Origin: Carcharhinus amblyrhynchos | Lineage: Eukaryota | Length of the DNA stretch: 64,000 bases | Direction: 5' to 3' | Assembly: GCA_965287045.1 (NCBI GenBank) | Contig: OZ336897.1 | Span: 20,956,001 to 21,020,000 of the forward strand | In this document: piece by piece, positions 1 to 14,309 of the stretch | Numbering within the stretch: position 1 is the stretch's first letter | Layout: each line of letters opens with the position of its first letter | The notes under the pieces: model-generated | What the model was told of the DNA's origin: nothing | Seen by the model: the letters and a program-made list of their open reading frames with translations, nothing else | The model's database searches: none | Position numbers and translations under genes: made by a program

Positions 1-91
1 AAAGACAATGCACAAAATACTCTTCAGATCTGGCAGCATCTCTGGAGCTAGAAACAGTTAATGCTTCAAGTTGATGACCTTTCATCAGAAC
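1..91 (-). mobile_element. Penelope-like terminal fragment with degenerate hammerhead core
   Basis: Minus strand reads CTGATGA-AAGGTCATCAACTT-GAAGC...cagagatgctgccagatctg; homologous to copies at about 7857 and 38630. Family call from recall. Confidence 0.55.
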
Positions 92-99
92 AAAATAGG

Positions 100-300
100 C
101 TCTCCAGTATCTCGGTGCAAGTCCCTTATCCCTTGTACTTTTCAAGTAAATCCGCTCCCCACCCACTCCAAGGCCTTGGCATCCTTCCTGTTGTATAGAA
201 TCCAGGACTGGACAAAATATTAAAGTTGAGGCCCAGTGATCAAAGTCTAGAACAACTTTGCTTTTATACTCTATATTGCTATCTGTGAAGTCCAGTTTCC
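100..300 (-). mobile_element. Degraded CR1 LINE fragment
   Basis: ccaggactggacaaaatattaaagttgaggcc resembles the reverse complement of the RPQLEYCVQFW region in the CR1 at 48960-49010. Confidence 0.45.
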
Positions 301-2099
301 ATTTGATTCAGTAGCCTTATCAATTTATCATAGAGCCTTCAAAGCTCTGTGTATGAAAATGGCCAATAAGAGGTAGGTTACTTAAATTTGAATCATGTTC
401 CCAACGACAACCTACGGAAGGTTTGCTTTTTACCATAAGAATAATTTTATGTCAATTCATTGAATGTTTAAGTTGTCACAGTGACAAAATATTTAAGCAA
501 CAAGACCATTAAACGTTTTACTGTAGCTATCTATTTCAAAATTGAACAGGAAGGGGTTACTAGTAAGCAATCACCCATTGAATTAATTAACTTGCAACTA
601 GCCAGATTATCTTTCCAAATGTCCTTTGAGAATTGTATGAGATGACAAAGCTGCCTTCATGTTTGTTTGATCACAATGTTTTCCTTTTTAGCAAGATGCT
701 AGTGACAGTTTCAAACAAGGCCTGTAAGGCAGTTTTCCCCCCACAAGTTGGACAATCATTTTATGGAGTGCTGCACCAATCAAAAGTAGCCCATATCATA
801 TTTGAACAGTTTTGTCCTTGATCAAACAAATAATTTTTCTTTCCTCAAGCTTACAAACAATTACTTTTTTCCATTTCTTTCATTCTCTTTGTGAAAGTAG
901 AGAGATTTTCACCTTCTACTCAAGGTGCTCCCATCCCTCCCCAATCAATTTTAAGTGCAGCCCCATGGGAGCCAGGTGCCTTGATACCTCAGCAAAGAGA
1001 TTTGTTCTCAAGTGAAGAGCTTGCTCATTCATGTGAAGCATCACAGTCAAATGCACACCCAGCAGCAAGCAGTGAATAATGCTCAAGAAGGGGAACACTT
1101 GCACCTCCTGCACCATAACTTGTGCCAAAATCCATTTTATGCATTTTAGCTGACTTCAGATTTTTTGCCATTTGCTTCCCCCACATCTTGCTTGTTCAAA
1201 TGACCAGGAGTGCTGGTAATTACCGACACACAGCACACACGCGGCTTTCGTGGTGAGGATGAAAATGCACAGCTGAACATTGGATTTTATCCAGCATGAA
1301 TATTCCAGCTTCAAGATCTGTGAAAGGGTCCTCATTGAACTAAATTTCTTAAAAAAACCTACACTGTTCAATATTACCTGTCCTATTCAATGCCTTCTTC
1401 AATGGTGCACTGGATTTCGGTGTTAGAGCTATTTATGATTACTCATTCCAGATTTTCTTAAAGAAATGTGTTTATTTCTACAGTTGATGTGTTGTTGCCA
1501 AGCCAACCCAGGATTGACTAATATTCCATTTATCACCCTGAAAAATGATATGGTCAATGGGTATGTTGACAAGTGCAATAATGTGTTCTGTACATTTCAG
1601 GAGTGTCGCTGATGGTACTTGGAGTTGAAAAAGGGTGGGGAACCTATGATTCATGTTCAGGTCCAAGGCCCCTGGCAGATGCCAAATTTTACAATGGATA
1701 AAGTTGGCTGAAATTTAAAAAAAAAGCAAAGGTTGCTCTGGCTTTTTTTCATTCTTGTGCAAAATCCAAGTTCAAACTATGAATTTGTGCCAGCAAAAGG
1801 AGGTTCATGCAGCAATAATGTACTCCAATCTATTGCTCAGCACACTTAAATATAAACAAGATGATAAAGTCCCCAATACTAGGATGAAACAGCGGTGACA
1901 AAAGGCCCAGAACATGTAGCACACTGGATTTAGAGATCCAGAACATCAACTTTTTGAAATAAACATTTGGGAATAGCCCCAACACTAGAATTCAGTTCAT
2001 CACTGAAGAAAGCATTGAATGGAACAGTTAGTCAACAGCCCAAGCATTTTTTTTTGAAGAAAATTAATCAATGAATTTCCCAACTTGCATTTTCCTGTC

Positions 2100-2173
2100 T
2101 AAGCCCTTTCACCATATTGAAGATTATTATTTACATGTAAGCCCTTTCACCACATTGAAGATTATTTACATGT
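2100..2173. repeat. Local tandem duplication, two copies of about 38 bp
   Basis: taagccctttcaccatattgaagattattatttacatg followed by taagccctttcaccacattgaagattatttacatgt. Confidence 0.9.
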
Positions 2174-4559
2174 TGACTGAAATTTGAGCGCTCATAGGAT
2201 AAAGTAGTTTCCGTAAGTAGATTTGTGTCATCTACAAACGAACCAACAACAAAATTTTAGAACTTTTTTTTGAACTAGAAACAACAAACTGACCACCATG
2301 TTCTGATGTCCACTTTTAAAACAATTACGCTGCCAGTCTTTACTGTTAAGGCTAAAACTAGTAAAATTTACTTACAAGTGATATTTAGACAGAAGCAGAC
2401 TTGCATAAAACTTAAGTCTTGGAGAAATATGTGACGCATAATTGTTGCAGTTCTTTCCAGAATCTTTCAATGGCATTTCTGATATTTCTTCAGCAATTAT
2501 CCCAACAGAACACCTTTATACTGCATCACATGCAACTTAGCTGTGACAGACTTCAAAATCAAATTATCATCTCTCAACATAATTTTTAGGATTTCAAGTT
2601 TTAATTTCCAAATTAAAAATACTATTCTTGGAATGGCAACCAATGAACAATCTGACACACACTGAAATTTCTTTCCTCCTTTATTCAAACTCAATTTCTG
2701 GTCACCCCACCTCATTGTCCTTTCTCTGCCTGAAGCTCCATTGAAATTCCAATATGGGGGAAACAATCAGACTGAAACATTCTTTGTTCTAAGCCAATGA
2801 AGAAGAGTTTCAAAATTACCTCATTTTGCATGCATACATATGTAAACATTTCAAAAGCTTGAGATAATTAACTGATAAATACAGGCATCATCACCACAGC
2901 CATGTGGTCTGTCTGTGAAAGTGGATTCCCCCACTTACATACAGTTTTATGTATTTTTTCCCCCAACACCAATTCAAAAGAATGCTCTCAGCCACAAAAA
3001 TTACATCTATAGAAATGTTTGTGATGAAACATGACAGAACTCTGCTTCAATTATTTGCTGTGAAAAAACACGGTACCTTGGATTTGGCATGATGATCAAT
3101 GGGGAGAAGGGCAAGCAGCAGAAACAGCAGAACAGTTGGTCAAGTCCTTGAGCTTCTCTCACAGTTACTCAAGGTGAGGGTGGAGAGGGGTTTGATAGAG
3201 AGTTGGCGATAAAAAGAGAAGCAGGGGTTGGCTTTGCTCACTAGAATGTTCCTCTTGAATGCAGTTTTGACTAAGGAAAGTGATGGTGCTTGATGTGGCC
3301 CAGCCAGAACTGTCTCCTTAAATAAACATCTCCTTAAAAGGTCACCCTCATTTTTCAACACTTGTGAACAAGAAATGTGAGTAATAATTAGTCACAGGTA
3401 AGTACTTCTGGTTGCTAAGCATGAGAAATTTTGCACCTTCTGGTCCTATGACATCATGCTTTATTCTGTTTCCAGGCCTGATCATTCACACAGTACGCAG
3501 ACCCTAGTATGTCCTGCTCATCTTTCAGTGTCAGCATCTTGGCCACCTTTATATGAGTGAGACACACTGATTATCAGTTACTTTTAAATTTCCAGCCATA
3601 CATGTGTCTTTGAAACCTCCATCTGAGGCGAGAAGAGGATCAGGATTGGAATGGATACTGTCGAAAATGGCAATAGAAGTGACCGCCATATTTATAATTG
3701 AGCTGAACTGTTGTTCTGGTACAACTCAAAACCTTTCAAAAAAATCTATAATATGGCACTAGCCCCCAAGAGGAGTCATGTTGCCATTGTTAGAAAGATT
3801 AGCTAACTTGCGGGACTACTTTGCGAGATGTACAGGAGACTAAAAAGAGCTTGATAAATTAGAGTTATTTTTCAAACGGTGGCAACAGACTTCACAATCT
3901 GAGACAGAGTTTCAGAAGGAAAAATGAACAGAGACAAGAAAGAAAAATCTGGAGACAACAGGAATATCTTAAGACACTACAAAAATCCTCGTTCTTTTCA
4001 TTTATCAGCAAAGTCATGAGACATTATCTAGTACATAGAAGTAAGCTGGAGTTAAGTGACAAAATATGCTGTCAGTACAATAGCAGCACTCTCAGAAGCA
4101 GGAAATGGAAATCTGCTGCCCACTCCCTCTCTGAAATGCAGTATGGCCTGGAAAGTTTCAGGACTATGGTAGGAAAAATTGGATTCTCTAATTGCTACAT
4201 CCTAAGAATGCACAGTAGCAATTCAGCAATATTTAGACAAGGGAAAGCAAATGGAAAACTAAAATAATGGTTCATTTGAAACAAAATTATCCCAGCCTTT
4301 TAGCCAGAAGGTTCACTCCTGAGCTAGTTTGTCAAAGTTGCTGTTACATTCTAATGTGAACGAAAATATCATCCTAATTTGTTTTAAAAAAGGAAGCATT
4401 AAGATAAAAAATCCAATGCGCATCATGAAGTCTGCAGTTACTGAGGTATTTCAGAATTCCCTTTGCCCTTTTTTATTGAAAACACGTTAAAAGAAATACA
4501 CCAATTTGCAATCTGGAAAAAACAGACCAGGTAAGCTTTGCAGTTTCAAACTTGCTATA

Positions 4560-5860
4560 TGGGAATTAAGTTGTGCAATATATTCTTCGAAGGAAAAGGC
4601 CATAAATATAAGTGACAGTGAGAACATTCCTAGTCAGTTTAACATCAGTGGCAAGTCAGGCTTTAAAAACAATATCAGGGAAAGGTAGCTGAAGCATTGT
4701 TTTGTCTGAGGGATATTGTGCTTCATTAATCCCGTTGAATGTTTTGATGAAGAAATAGAAAAGGCTGATGGAGTGAAGACTGCAAATGTTGTCTGCATGC
4801 ATTTCAAACAAGCATTTGGCTAACAAGATTATTGCACATGAAACACAAAGGTCAGTGTTGCCTCAGATAAAAAAATTGGCTCGAGGACAGATAATAATGA
4901 ATCATGGGTAAATGACTTTTCTTTTCCGAAACTGAAGGAGATAGACGGTCGTGTTCTCCAAGGGTCAGTACAAGGAGCACTGCTTTTTTTGAATACATGA
5001 TTTGGACAGAGTACAATGCCACAATAACACCAAACTTTGGGGTGTGGCAAACTATGGATGATACCACTTGACAAAGCTAGTAGAATAGCAGACATGAGGC
5101 AGATACAATTTAATATGGAAACATCTGAGGTGATGCATTTTGGCAGAAGAGATAGGAAAAGACAACGTATACTTTAGAGGCACATTTCCAAAGAGTATGC
5201 AGAGACAGAGGGCCGTGGGATTTCACATGCACAGATCTTTGAAGGTAAAAGGATGTAATGGAAGAGCAGTTAGCAAAGCATATGTAATCTTGCACTTCTT
5301 TATGAGGTATTGAGTATAAGTGGGGGGCTACAACCAGAGTATTGTATTGAGTTCTGATCATCCTTTTGGAAAGGATTTATAAATATCCTTGAGTGTGCAG
5401 AAGCATTTTCCAGAATGGTTCCAGGAGAAGGAATTTAGCTGCAAGATTAGTTGGAGGAAGCCAAGGTTGGTTAGGTTATGCTACTTGAAACAAAAGAGGT
5501 TGAGGGGAAATCACAGAAGTGCACAAGATTATGGCAGGTTTATATAGGGTAGAGAAAGAACAACTATTCCCATCAACTATGGTACAAGGAGCAGAGGATA
5601 CAGGTTTAAGGCTTTGGGGGGTGGGAGAAACTTTTAATAAACACAATTAAGTAGTAACAATCTGAAACTCACTATCTAGGAGGATAGTGGAAGCAGAAAT
5701 GGTCAAAAGGAAATCAGATTGGAACGCTAAGGAAATAAACCAGCAAGACTATGGGGAAAGAGCAGGAGAATGGGACTGATTAGATTTTTCTAGAGATCTG
5801 GCATATGGACATAATGGGTCATATGGCCTTTGGTGCCATAATTACACCATAATTCTATAA
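4560..5860 (+). mobile_element. Old 5'-truncated CR1 LINE (RT region to 3' tail)
   Basis: Decayed RT motifs (gttgtctgcatgcatttcaaacaagcattt, compare VVYLEFQKAF at about 24680) and a CR1-type 3' end ataatgggtcatatggcc...taattctat. Confidence 0.75.
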
Positions 5861-6099
5861 TCTTGAGGAGGCAGAACTAAGAGCTGCCTGTAGAATGCAG
5901 CTCTGAAGAATGGATTGATGAATAGACAGGAAAGATACAAACATTACACTGTCAATTTTTCAAACTATTTACTAGCATGAAAACTGCTACAACTGGCTTG
6001 ACAACTTTTCCCAAATAGCACAGCTATTTTTCATCTCTAACTTCCCGAAATAAAATTATAATGAAACACAGAGACATTAGAAGTTATGGTCTGCCTCAC

Positions 6100-6170
6100 C
6101 AGCGAGTGGAGAGAGTTTTCATAGTTAGGAGACGATGGGGTCCCTCCTGGTCTTGACCACTGGTTAGCAC
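6100..6170 (-). CDS. TCF12: TCF12/HEB coding exon (equivalent of exon 14), 71 bp
   Basis: Acceptor atgtAG, donor GTgagg. Translates (G)[23 protein letters not shown]; compare recalled human [25 protein letters not shown]. Confidence 0.95.
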
Positions 6171-7854
6171 CTACATAAAGAAAGTCCCAAAGTAAACTTA
6201 ATATGCAGTTAAAAGAATTATCAATTTGTACTTTTCAACAAAAGTACACATCTGTCAAATGTTTCTGTTTGGGAAGTGTTCAAATAATCTAAGTAAGATA
6301 GGTCATGCATTTCCTATGAAAAAAGTCAAACATTCAGATGAATCAAGGCTAACAACTCAAAAAGTTGAAGAATGTTGAAGACAAACCTTTACAAGGTACA
6401 ACATTACAATTAAGTACACTAAATGTGTAATAATGGGTTGGATTGGACTACCACTGTCCATCAATGGAGCAACTTTATAAACTTATTTGAACATAAAAAT
6501 CAAACAACAAGACCTAGCAACAAGACCATAAAAAACTACTTCAAAAAATGCATCGCGATCAGTTCGAATCTGGAGTCTGGTTTGCGTTCACTCTTTATAC
6601 TTAGATATTAGCAGAGATGAAAAGCCATCATTAAAAAGTTTCATAGAAAATATTTCTATTTTGCATCACACTTGAGATTTTTGCAGATTCTTTTTCTGTG
6701 AAATTACAAAATTAATGACTTCTTACAGAAGCAGAAAGTTACATTTCAAGTTTAAAATCTGAACCCCCTTTATCATTGTAGACCGTCATGAACATCTGCA
6801 TGAGCCTTTGGTGTATCTCAGCTATTCAGACACATGCCAATGTACGCAGTTGAACCTGGAACTCAAATCATTCCTTCAGTGGCCATGCCTTTCAATGTTT
6901 TCCCAGTTGCGACACCAGATCAACTGTTCTATTCAATTATTTTTGTTGTCTGCTCAGAAGTTGAACATTCATATTTCTAGAATGCGTTTATATACCAATT
7001 AAGTATCAACTGTGCAGATAATGAAAACATTGCAAGAAATTCAGTCCAAAACTTGGACATGGATCATCGGCGTCTCAAGGGTTCCCTGTATTGCCATGCT
7101 TCAGCATCAGTTGCCACAACTTTTTTGAGACCAAACCTGAACGGTGGAAGGGTACCCTCTCAAGTAAGTGTATCTGAAACAACTAGCTTCATTTTATGTC
7201 AAAGTAGGTCTGTAGTGGGACTTGTGCTAGGGAAGAATAAAATTACATCTCTGCTTTGGATAGTTAAAAATCAAACAAACATGATTTGTGGGTTTTAAGT
7301 ACAGTTCCTCTGAAAGTCAGTGTGTCAATAAGCTGGACTATATTTATTACAGATGTCACAAAGTAGACTCCCTGCTTAGTATTTTACTTGAATTAAAATT
7401 AATAATTTCCAGTTTGCAAACTAAATTACTGTACACAATTCATAGCCATTTTATTCAAATGCAGTTGGCCTGGGCTTAAATACCTTCAGACCAAATTTAC
7501 TGCAGTTTTAAAGGTGTTAATGGAAGTATCATGAAGATGGCAACTTGAAAATACATTTTAAATCAGTGCTCCTTCACTAAATAATTCAAAAGATAATGAA
7601 ATCAAAAATTCCAATTGAATTGTCATTTTGATTTAACTTTCTCCACTTCTGTGCTTTTGAAATTAAATCGCTCTCGATTTTGTTGTGACAGTGAAGGTAG
7701 AACTGTCAGCGTTCACCGTCATTACTCTAATGAAAGTGATAGAAACTCGGGACTAACGCTCAGTACGTAACTGCAAAGCAGATCTTCGTGTCGGAGCATC
7801 CAGCTCCTCCATAAGATGTGCTGCAGAGGTTCCCAGAGCTTCCAATCAAATGAT

Positions 7855-7945
7855 TTCTGATTAAAGATCATCGACCTGAAACCATAACTCAATTTTTCTC
7901 CTTCTCAGTGACCAGATCTGTTGAGTATTCCTAGCCTTTTCCATT
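7855..7945 (+). mobile_element. Penelope-like terminal fragment with degenerate hammerhead core
   Basis: CTGATTA-AAGATCATCGACCT-GAAAC...cagatctgttgagtattcctagc, homologous to 1-91. Confidence 0.55.
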
Positions 7946-8573
7946 TAAATCCATTTTAAACTGTTAGTTTCATCAAAAGCCTTTGAAAAGGGTTAAGACG
8001 TTGTTGAATAGGATGAACTAGGTTTAAAACAATGTACTAATTTCACAATTACCATTGAGCACCATGACTGACTCTTAAAAGATAATTTTACATTTATGGA
8101 CAAAATTCCCTCTAAGGTGCGTAGTCATGCAGCAATCTTAAGTTCATATGCAATCCATGCAGAAGTAGACACATGCTTGCACAGTTGCACCGAAAAAAAT
8201 TAACGGTACAGCACTTTTAATGAATTCACTGCATGCAACAAAAAAGAGATGCTGTTTGTGGAATGTCAAACATCTTCACAAGGATAAAATTACATAATAT
8301 AAAAAAACTTGTTACAAGTCTATTTTAACTTTATTTCAGGTTCTGTCATAACAATTAATTTGCCATCTGAAAAGCTGAATTAAATGTGAATGACTAACTG
8401 CTTCTAACCTCCTGGTTTCTTACCTGCCTGCGAAATTGACTGCTGCTGCATGTCAAGAATTCCCTTGACTTGGTTCCAGATTTAACTGTCACTAGGAAAG
8501 GGAAAATTCCCAGAAATCACTAGACCTTTACAGGTAATCCTCTTTGAGGTCAGCATGAATGTCCTCGCTCCAT

Positions 8574-8888
8574 TCATAGAATCCCTACAGTGCAGAAGGA
8601 GGCCATTTGGCTCATCCAGTCTGCACAAACCACAATCCCACTCGGCCTATCCCCGTGACCCCATTTATTTACCCTATTAATCTCCCTGGCACTAAGGGTG
8701 ATTTAGTAATGCCAATCAACCTAACCCGCACATCTTTGGACTATGGGAGGAAGCCGGACCACCCGGAGGAAACCCACACAGACACAGGGAGAATGTGAAA
8801 ACTCCACACAGACAGTGACCCAATCCAGAAATTGGAATCTGGGTCCCTGGCGCTGTGAGGCTGCACTATGCCAATGTGCCACCCTGCT
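8574..8888 (-). mobile_element. HE1-like tRNA-derived V-SINE, CR1-type tail
   Basis: tRNA-like head with A/B boxes, core gtcactgtctgtgtggagttt...tccggcttcctccc, tail ggcctccttctgcactgtagggattctatga. Confidence 0.9.
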
Positions 8889-9035
8889 AATTACAAAACC
8901 ACAGCCAATGTGCTTCAGCAGCACAGTGAAACAGAGCTAAATCCAATTGACAATTCAAAAAAGCACTTGGGCACAAGATGGCATTTCAAAAAAAAAACAA
9001 CTTTACAACAGTAGAGTTTGCTGAAACTCAAAATA

Positions 9036-9103
9036 GCAGCATGGTGGCGCAGCTGCCTCACAGTGCCAAGAATCTCCTGCACTGTGGGGATTCTATGGTT
9101 CTA
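9036..9103 (+). mobile_element. Internally deleted HE1-like SINE (head joined to tail)
   Basis: gcagcatggtggcgcagctgcctcacagtgcc joined almost directly to ctgcactgtggggattctatggttcta. Confidence 0.7.
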
Positions 9104-9903
9104 CGAAGATTCTCTTGCATATCCATCATCCTCTGCCTTCATTTTTTTTAAACAAGGGCACCATTCATATGTTTGCACCACAACTAGAAAGTGGAATGGA
9201 TCGCATTGATTCAAATTTAAAATGATTTTGTAAATTGTGAATGAAATGTTTTTTTGTAATGGTCCTCTTTTATGTCTATTCTTTAAACAATAGGGTGCAT
9301 TTATAAAGGAGACTTGTCTTGAATACCAACAATTTTGAAGTATTGCTTCTTTGCTTAGTCATTAGCAAATTACACCTGTGTAAACCTAGAGTTCTGTTCA
9401 GTAGAAATCATGAAATGGAATCTATACAAGGCAGTTTCATCTGCAATGCGACCCACTGAATCAAATGAGAGACTCATTAATCCCTCATTATACAATCCAA
9501 CAAGAAGTTTTCAGTGAGTGCTGGAAAAATTGCCTAAAGCAGCTGTTCAATGCCAGCTCGAAAGATGTTTATTGTCCGATGAAAATATCCAATTCTACAT
9601 AAGAGTAAATGCGCATGCAATTATGAACTTCTCTCAGCAACTGTAGCAGCGAATTCCAATTATTGTATAAAATATGTTAACTTGTTAAAATTAATATACT
9701 AATGCCCAATGAAAGTCATTTTCCCATTGTCTGATTCTGATTTCCAACTAAACTGACAAAAGTTTAGGAGTAAGTCACGCAAGAAGCAGCTATTTGAGTT
9801 GGATTCGGCATCTAATATTATTCACTAATGAATGGTAGGATGGTAGGAATTAACATCTTACCAATACAATGACAATCTTGGACCAGGACAAGCAGTTCAC
9901 CAT

Positions 9904-10219
9904 GGGCAGCACCGTGACACAGTGGTTAGGACTGCTGTCTTACAACACGAGGGATCCGGGTTCAATTCTGACCTCGGGTCACTATCTGTGTGGAGTTTGC
10001 ACATTGTCTCCGTATTTGCGTGGGTTTTCTCTGAGTGCTCCCACAGTCCAAAGATTTGTGGGTTAGGTTGATTGGCCATGCTAATTTAACCCTAGCGTCA
10101 GGGGGATTAGCAGAATAAATATATGAAGTTATGGGAATAGGCCCTGGATGGGATGTGGTTGGTGTGACTCAATGGACTGAACGGCCTCCTTCTGTACTAT
10201 AGGGATATTATGATTCTAT
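9904..10219 (+). mobile_element. HE1-like V-SINE, full length, CR1-type tail
   Basis: gggcagcaccgtgacacagtggttag head, V-type core, tail ggcctccttctgtactatagggatattatgattcta. Confidence 0.9.
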
Positions 10220-10384
10220 TATCAATACTATAGTAAATAGATCTGAAGAAACATTCTGGAGAAGTTGGGACTCTTCCTTGGGAAGAAAAGAGATTTTATC
10301 GAGGTATTCGAAATCATGAACATTTGCTAAAAGCTGATGTATATTGCAAGTGGACTTTCACTGGTCTAGTTATTATGCTGAGTG

Positions 10385-11104
10385 TATCAAAATAAAGGAG
10401 ATAGTCATCAACTTCAGAAAGCGTGGTGGAGGGCATGCCCGTCTACGTCAATGCGGATGAAGTAGAAATGGTCTAATTTAAGTTTTTAGGTATCCAGATC
10501 ACCAACAATCTGCCCTGGTCCCTCCATGTGGATGCTACTGTTAAAGAAAGCCCACTAATGCCTCTACTTTCTCAAAATACTAAGGACATTTGGCATGTCC
10601 ACTATAATTCTCATCAACTCCTTCAGATGCACCATAGAAAGCATTACTTTGAGTTATATTACAGCTTGATATGGCTCCTGCTCTGTTCAAGACCGCAAGA
10701 AACTACATAGGGTCGTGAATAAAGCCCAGTCCATCACTCAAACCAGCCTCTTATCCACTGACACTGTCTACACTTCCCGCTGCCTCAACAAAGCAGCCAG
10801 CAGAATCAAGGACCCCATGCACCCTACACATACTCTCTTCCACTTTCTTCTGTTGGGAAGATACAAAAGTCTGAGGACACATACTAAACAACTCAAAAAC
10901 AGCTGCCTTCCTGCTACCATCAGACTTTTGAATGGACCTACCTTGCATTAAGTTGAACTTTCCCTACACCCAAGCTGTGATTGTTAATACTACATTCTGA
11001 ACGCTTTCCTTCCCTATGTTGGTACGTTTTATCTGCACACTGTGTAAGAAACAATACTCTTGACTGTATACTAATATATGTGACAATAATAAATCAAGTC
11101 AAAT
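10385..11104 (+). mobile_element. Rex1/Babar-like LINE, 3' fragment
   Basis: Decayed C-terminal ORF (KAASRIKDPMHPTHTLFHFL...RYKSLRTHT) and tail tgtgacaataataaatcaagtcaaat; homologous to 59290-60215. Confidence 0.8.
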
Positions 11105-11790
11105 TTCATCTCCTGCAATATGATTTAAGAATACACCTCAGAATTCACGACAGTTGAGGAAGTGGAACTTCATGATTTTACCCATTTACCCTTAACTAGC
11201 AGTTTTAAAGAAAGAAAATCAGAGATTATTCGAATATATATACTTTATTTGCCAAGTTCATGATTACAAAGCATTAGTATGCCACACATCACCAGCAACT
11301 AGATTGAACACAACTTACGAAAACATGAAACACAACACGTTTTCATCATTAAAACTGGAAATTCCAGATCGTGCAGCCTAAGTAATCAACAATACATTTT
11401 ATTACTCCTTATAAAATAAAACCTAACAGTTTCAAAACTCTCTTCAGACGAGCAAGTGTGTGCATCCAAAAGCATAAACTCCAAGCACAGCAATCTTAAA
11501 ACTGTGTCCCAAAACAACAATTCTGCAGACTGTTCGCAAAGGATATCAAAATAATTTCAAAACTCAGTCAATTTTTAAGAATCACAATTTAATATCAAGC
11601 AATGCCAAAACAAATGCAAGATCTGAAAGCAATTCTCTTTTGCTGTTCAAGAAATATTCGCAAAGTGAAAACTTAATCTTAGTCATTGCAAATTTTGTGT
11701 CAGCAAATTCAAGATTGTTGTAGGCCCAGATTATAAACAAGCTTTGAGCTACATTTAGTTTCTCTAATATATAAGCAAGTCAAATCTTAC

Positions 11791-11869
11791 CAGATAAAGG
11801 TGATGGTGACCCAACTGGCGTTGATGGATTTGATGGGAAACTACTACTGGTGTGATCAGGCGAATAAAT
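11791..11869 (-). CDS. TCF12: TCF12/HEB coding exon (equivalent of exon 13), 79 bp
   Basis: Acceptor ttgcAG, donor G|GTaaga. Translates [26 protein letters not shown](G). Confidence 0.97.
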
Positions 11870-14309
11870 CTGCAAAAAAAAAGACCCTTTAGGAGGAAAA
11901 TTTTCATTCACATGTACTGCTTTCAAATGCTGGTTGGAAAAAAATTATCAACCCAGCTGGCAAAACTTGCAAGGAGCTACAGAATACAGAATGACAGATT
12001 AACTTCCCAAAGCCTATGTATAATGATGTGCCACTATCCAATGCAACAATTTCTCTAAATCTTAATCTTTAACATTGAGATCCTACAATGGCATAAAGGT
12101 GATCACCAAGCACCGCTCTCCCAGGTTTACACGAGCATTTGGTACCAATTTGCCCACACTTTGGAAAAATGAAATTGGTACTAAAGCAGATGCATACAAC
12201 ATGCCAATGTTATGGTAAGAGCATATTGAGCTTTGCATGCTCAGGATGGGGCTGGCAAAGGCACATTGCAGCATGATGTAAGCAATGGCCGAGGGGTACA
12301 TGGATCCAAATCAGTATGCTTCCATCACTGAACATAGGGTGGTGGGACCAGCAGCTCTCCAGAGTCAGGGCGCTTGCATTTGGGAGTGCCAAACTGCTTG
12401 CTATCACTGACAACTCTCTTCAAAGACATGGTAATAAATGAATTGAGAAAGTGGAAAAATTTTTCTTAAAGTCATTTTATACCAGCAATCGTGTTAGATG
12501 AACTATTCAAAGCATGTTCTGATAGTTTCTCAACTTTAACCTTAACTCTCAAGTGCCCTTGGACAACGGGGGGTGACCACTAAATGCTGACCAGTCAGTC
12601 ATGCCCATGTCCCACGAATGAATAAAAAAAACATACAATTAGCTTTCATTGAATCGCTGTGCAGGGAGGAAAGACAATCACCTGTGATCTAAATACCTCA
12701 TCAAATACACATCCTCTTGCAAGAAGCAAGACAGGACAAGATGGAGAATAAAGAACAAGCCTTTGGTACTTGGAATTCCTTTTGAAAAATACATATGCAT
12801 TCTGCCTTGTGAGAATATGACAATTATCTTTGTTGAAGGTTCAGGTACCTGCCTTGTTAGTAGGTTTAACAGAAACTTTGCATATTTTAGTTCATAAAAT
12901 TACCACAATATACATCATGTAACAACTTTTCTTGTGGGTTTTTTGCTCCATTAGACATCATACCAAAACTCAGGCAAGCAAAATGAGTTATTTTGTGAGC
13001 AAAGCATACACATTACTCATTAAAAACATTCGATCTCAGGCAGCAATTAACTGACAAATAAAGGATTTTGCCTTCCAGGTGTACTTCACCAAACTAGACA
13101 TTGTAGATTGTTCTTCCCAAGGAAAACAGCAATCTTAAAGAGTGCCAGAATACCAGTAGTGAAACAATTTTTTTTTCTTGTTCATATAACCTGTTGTCTT
13201 TGTGGATGGGTTTATTCAACTCACTTGTTTCGACTGAGTGTAATCTAAAAGGCGCAGAATTCATGAAGTCAGAAGATGTGCATACAATATTATACTCAAT
13301 TTCCTTTAGACAAGACATTCCAACTCAATAGTATTTAAGCACTCCAATAGTGAAATGACAAGAAGGGTTCAGAAAAGAGTTCCACTAAAAGATTAGTTCT
13401 CTATTGATTGTGTCTTGAATTCATGATAGATTTTTTTTCTTAAAAGGTTTACCACTTATTGGATCGATGATTTGGTGTAACATCGAGGGAGCTCTTCTAT
13501 ATACTGAATATATTTAGGACAGATCAGGTTATTGCATTGGTTTGAGACTTAAATAAAAGGAGGATTCTGTGAACATGGTTCTTGAATTTTTCCCTTTGCC
13601 TTTTCCCTGTAGATTTATTTGTTCTTGCAGCTTAGATCATTCTTATCACTTAGTTGTGACACCAAATGTCTTGGATTATGTATACACAAGCCCTGTCTAC
13701 AGAAAACACACAAGCCTCTCTTTATTACCTTAAAACTATTGGGATTACCCTATGCCTTCGCAGAATCTCTCAATTCTTGAGCAATGGAACATCGCAAGAC
13801 CTCACTGAGCCTTACTATTTGTTAATGAGCAAGTGAACATTTCTGGCAGTAGAAATCCTGGTAACCATCTCCTTGAAATTTAAAACAATGAAGTCGCTAA
13901 CCATTTAGTAAACTGTTACTTTAAATTACTTATTTGTTAGGTTTTCATAACTACCAGCCATACAAAAATGAAGTAGCTGATTTGAAACATAGTGGTTCCT
14001 CTCCCAAACCTGCATCTTGGAAATAGCGAACTGTCACAATATACATTTCAATACAAGTTGGGATAATGCAAGTACCCTTACAAACTTATGTCTTATTTGA
14101 TTTAAAGCATTAGCTAGCAGAGGAGAACAAGTTTAATGTTTGTTACAGCTCTTATAAAGATAAAATGTACAAAGGATAAAAAGGTGGATTTTAAAGGCTC
14201 AGGTATTTTCCGCAGGTTCTTCCAATTCCTGTATTCTTGCGATCCAGGGCTTTCTCCATTCACCCAAATGCACTGACTAATCTGAAGTAGCGTCTTGAAT
14301 TAGCCCTTC

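Noticed and set aside
1-6099. Next TCF12 exons (72-nt [24 protein letters not shown]-type cassette and the QSRMEDRLDRLDDAIHVL exon)
   Set aside because: I searched the minus strand by eye and found no match; they probably lie beyond the left edge, so their absence cannot be claimed.
8100-8200. ttccctctaaggtgcg resembling a hAT-type terminal repeat
   Set aside because: No matching opposite end or TSD found.
9904-9975. tRNA-like sequences at SINE heads
   Set aside because: They continue into SINE core and tail and lack a complete cloverleaf; not tRNA genes.
12083-12420. Slightly GC-richer segment with overlapping short ORFs near exon 13
   Set aside because: No recognisable protein or splice signals; probably an old unclassified repeat.
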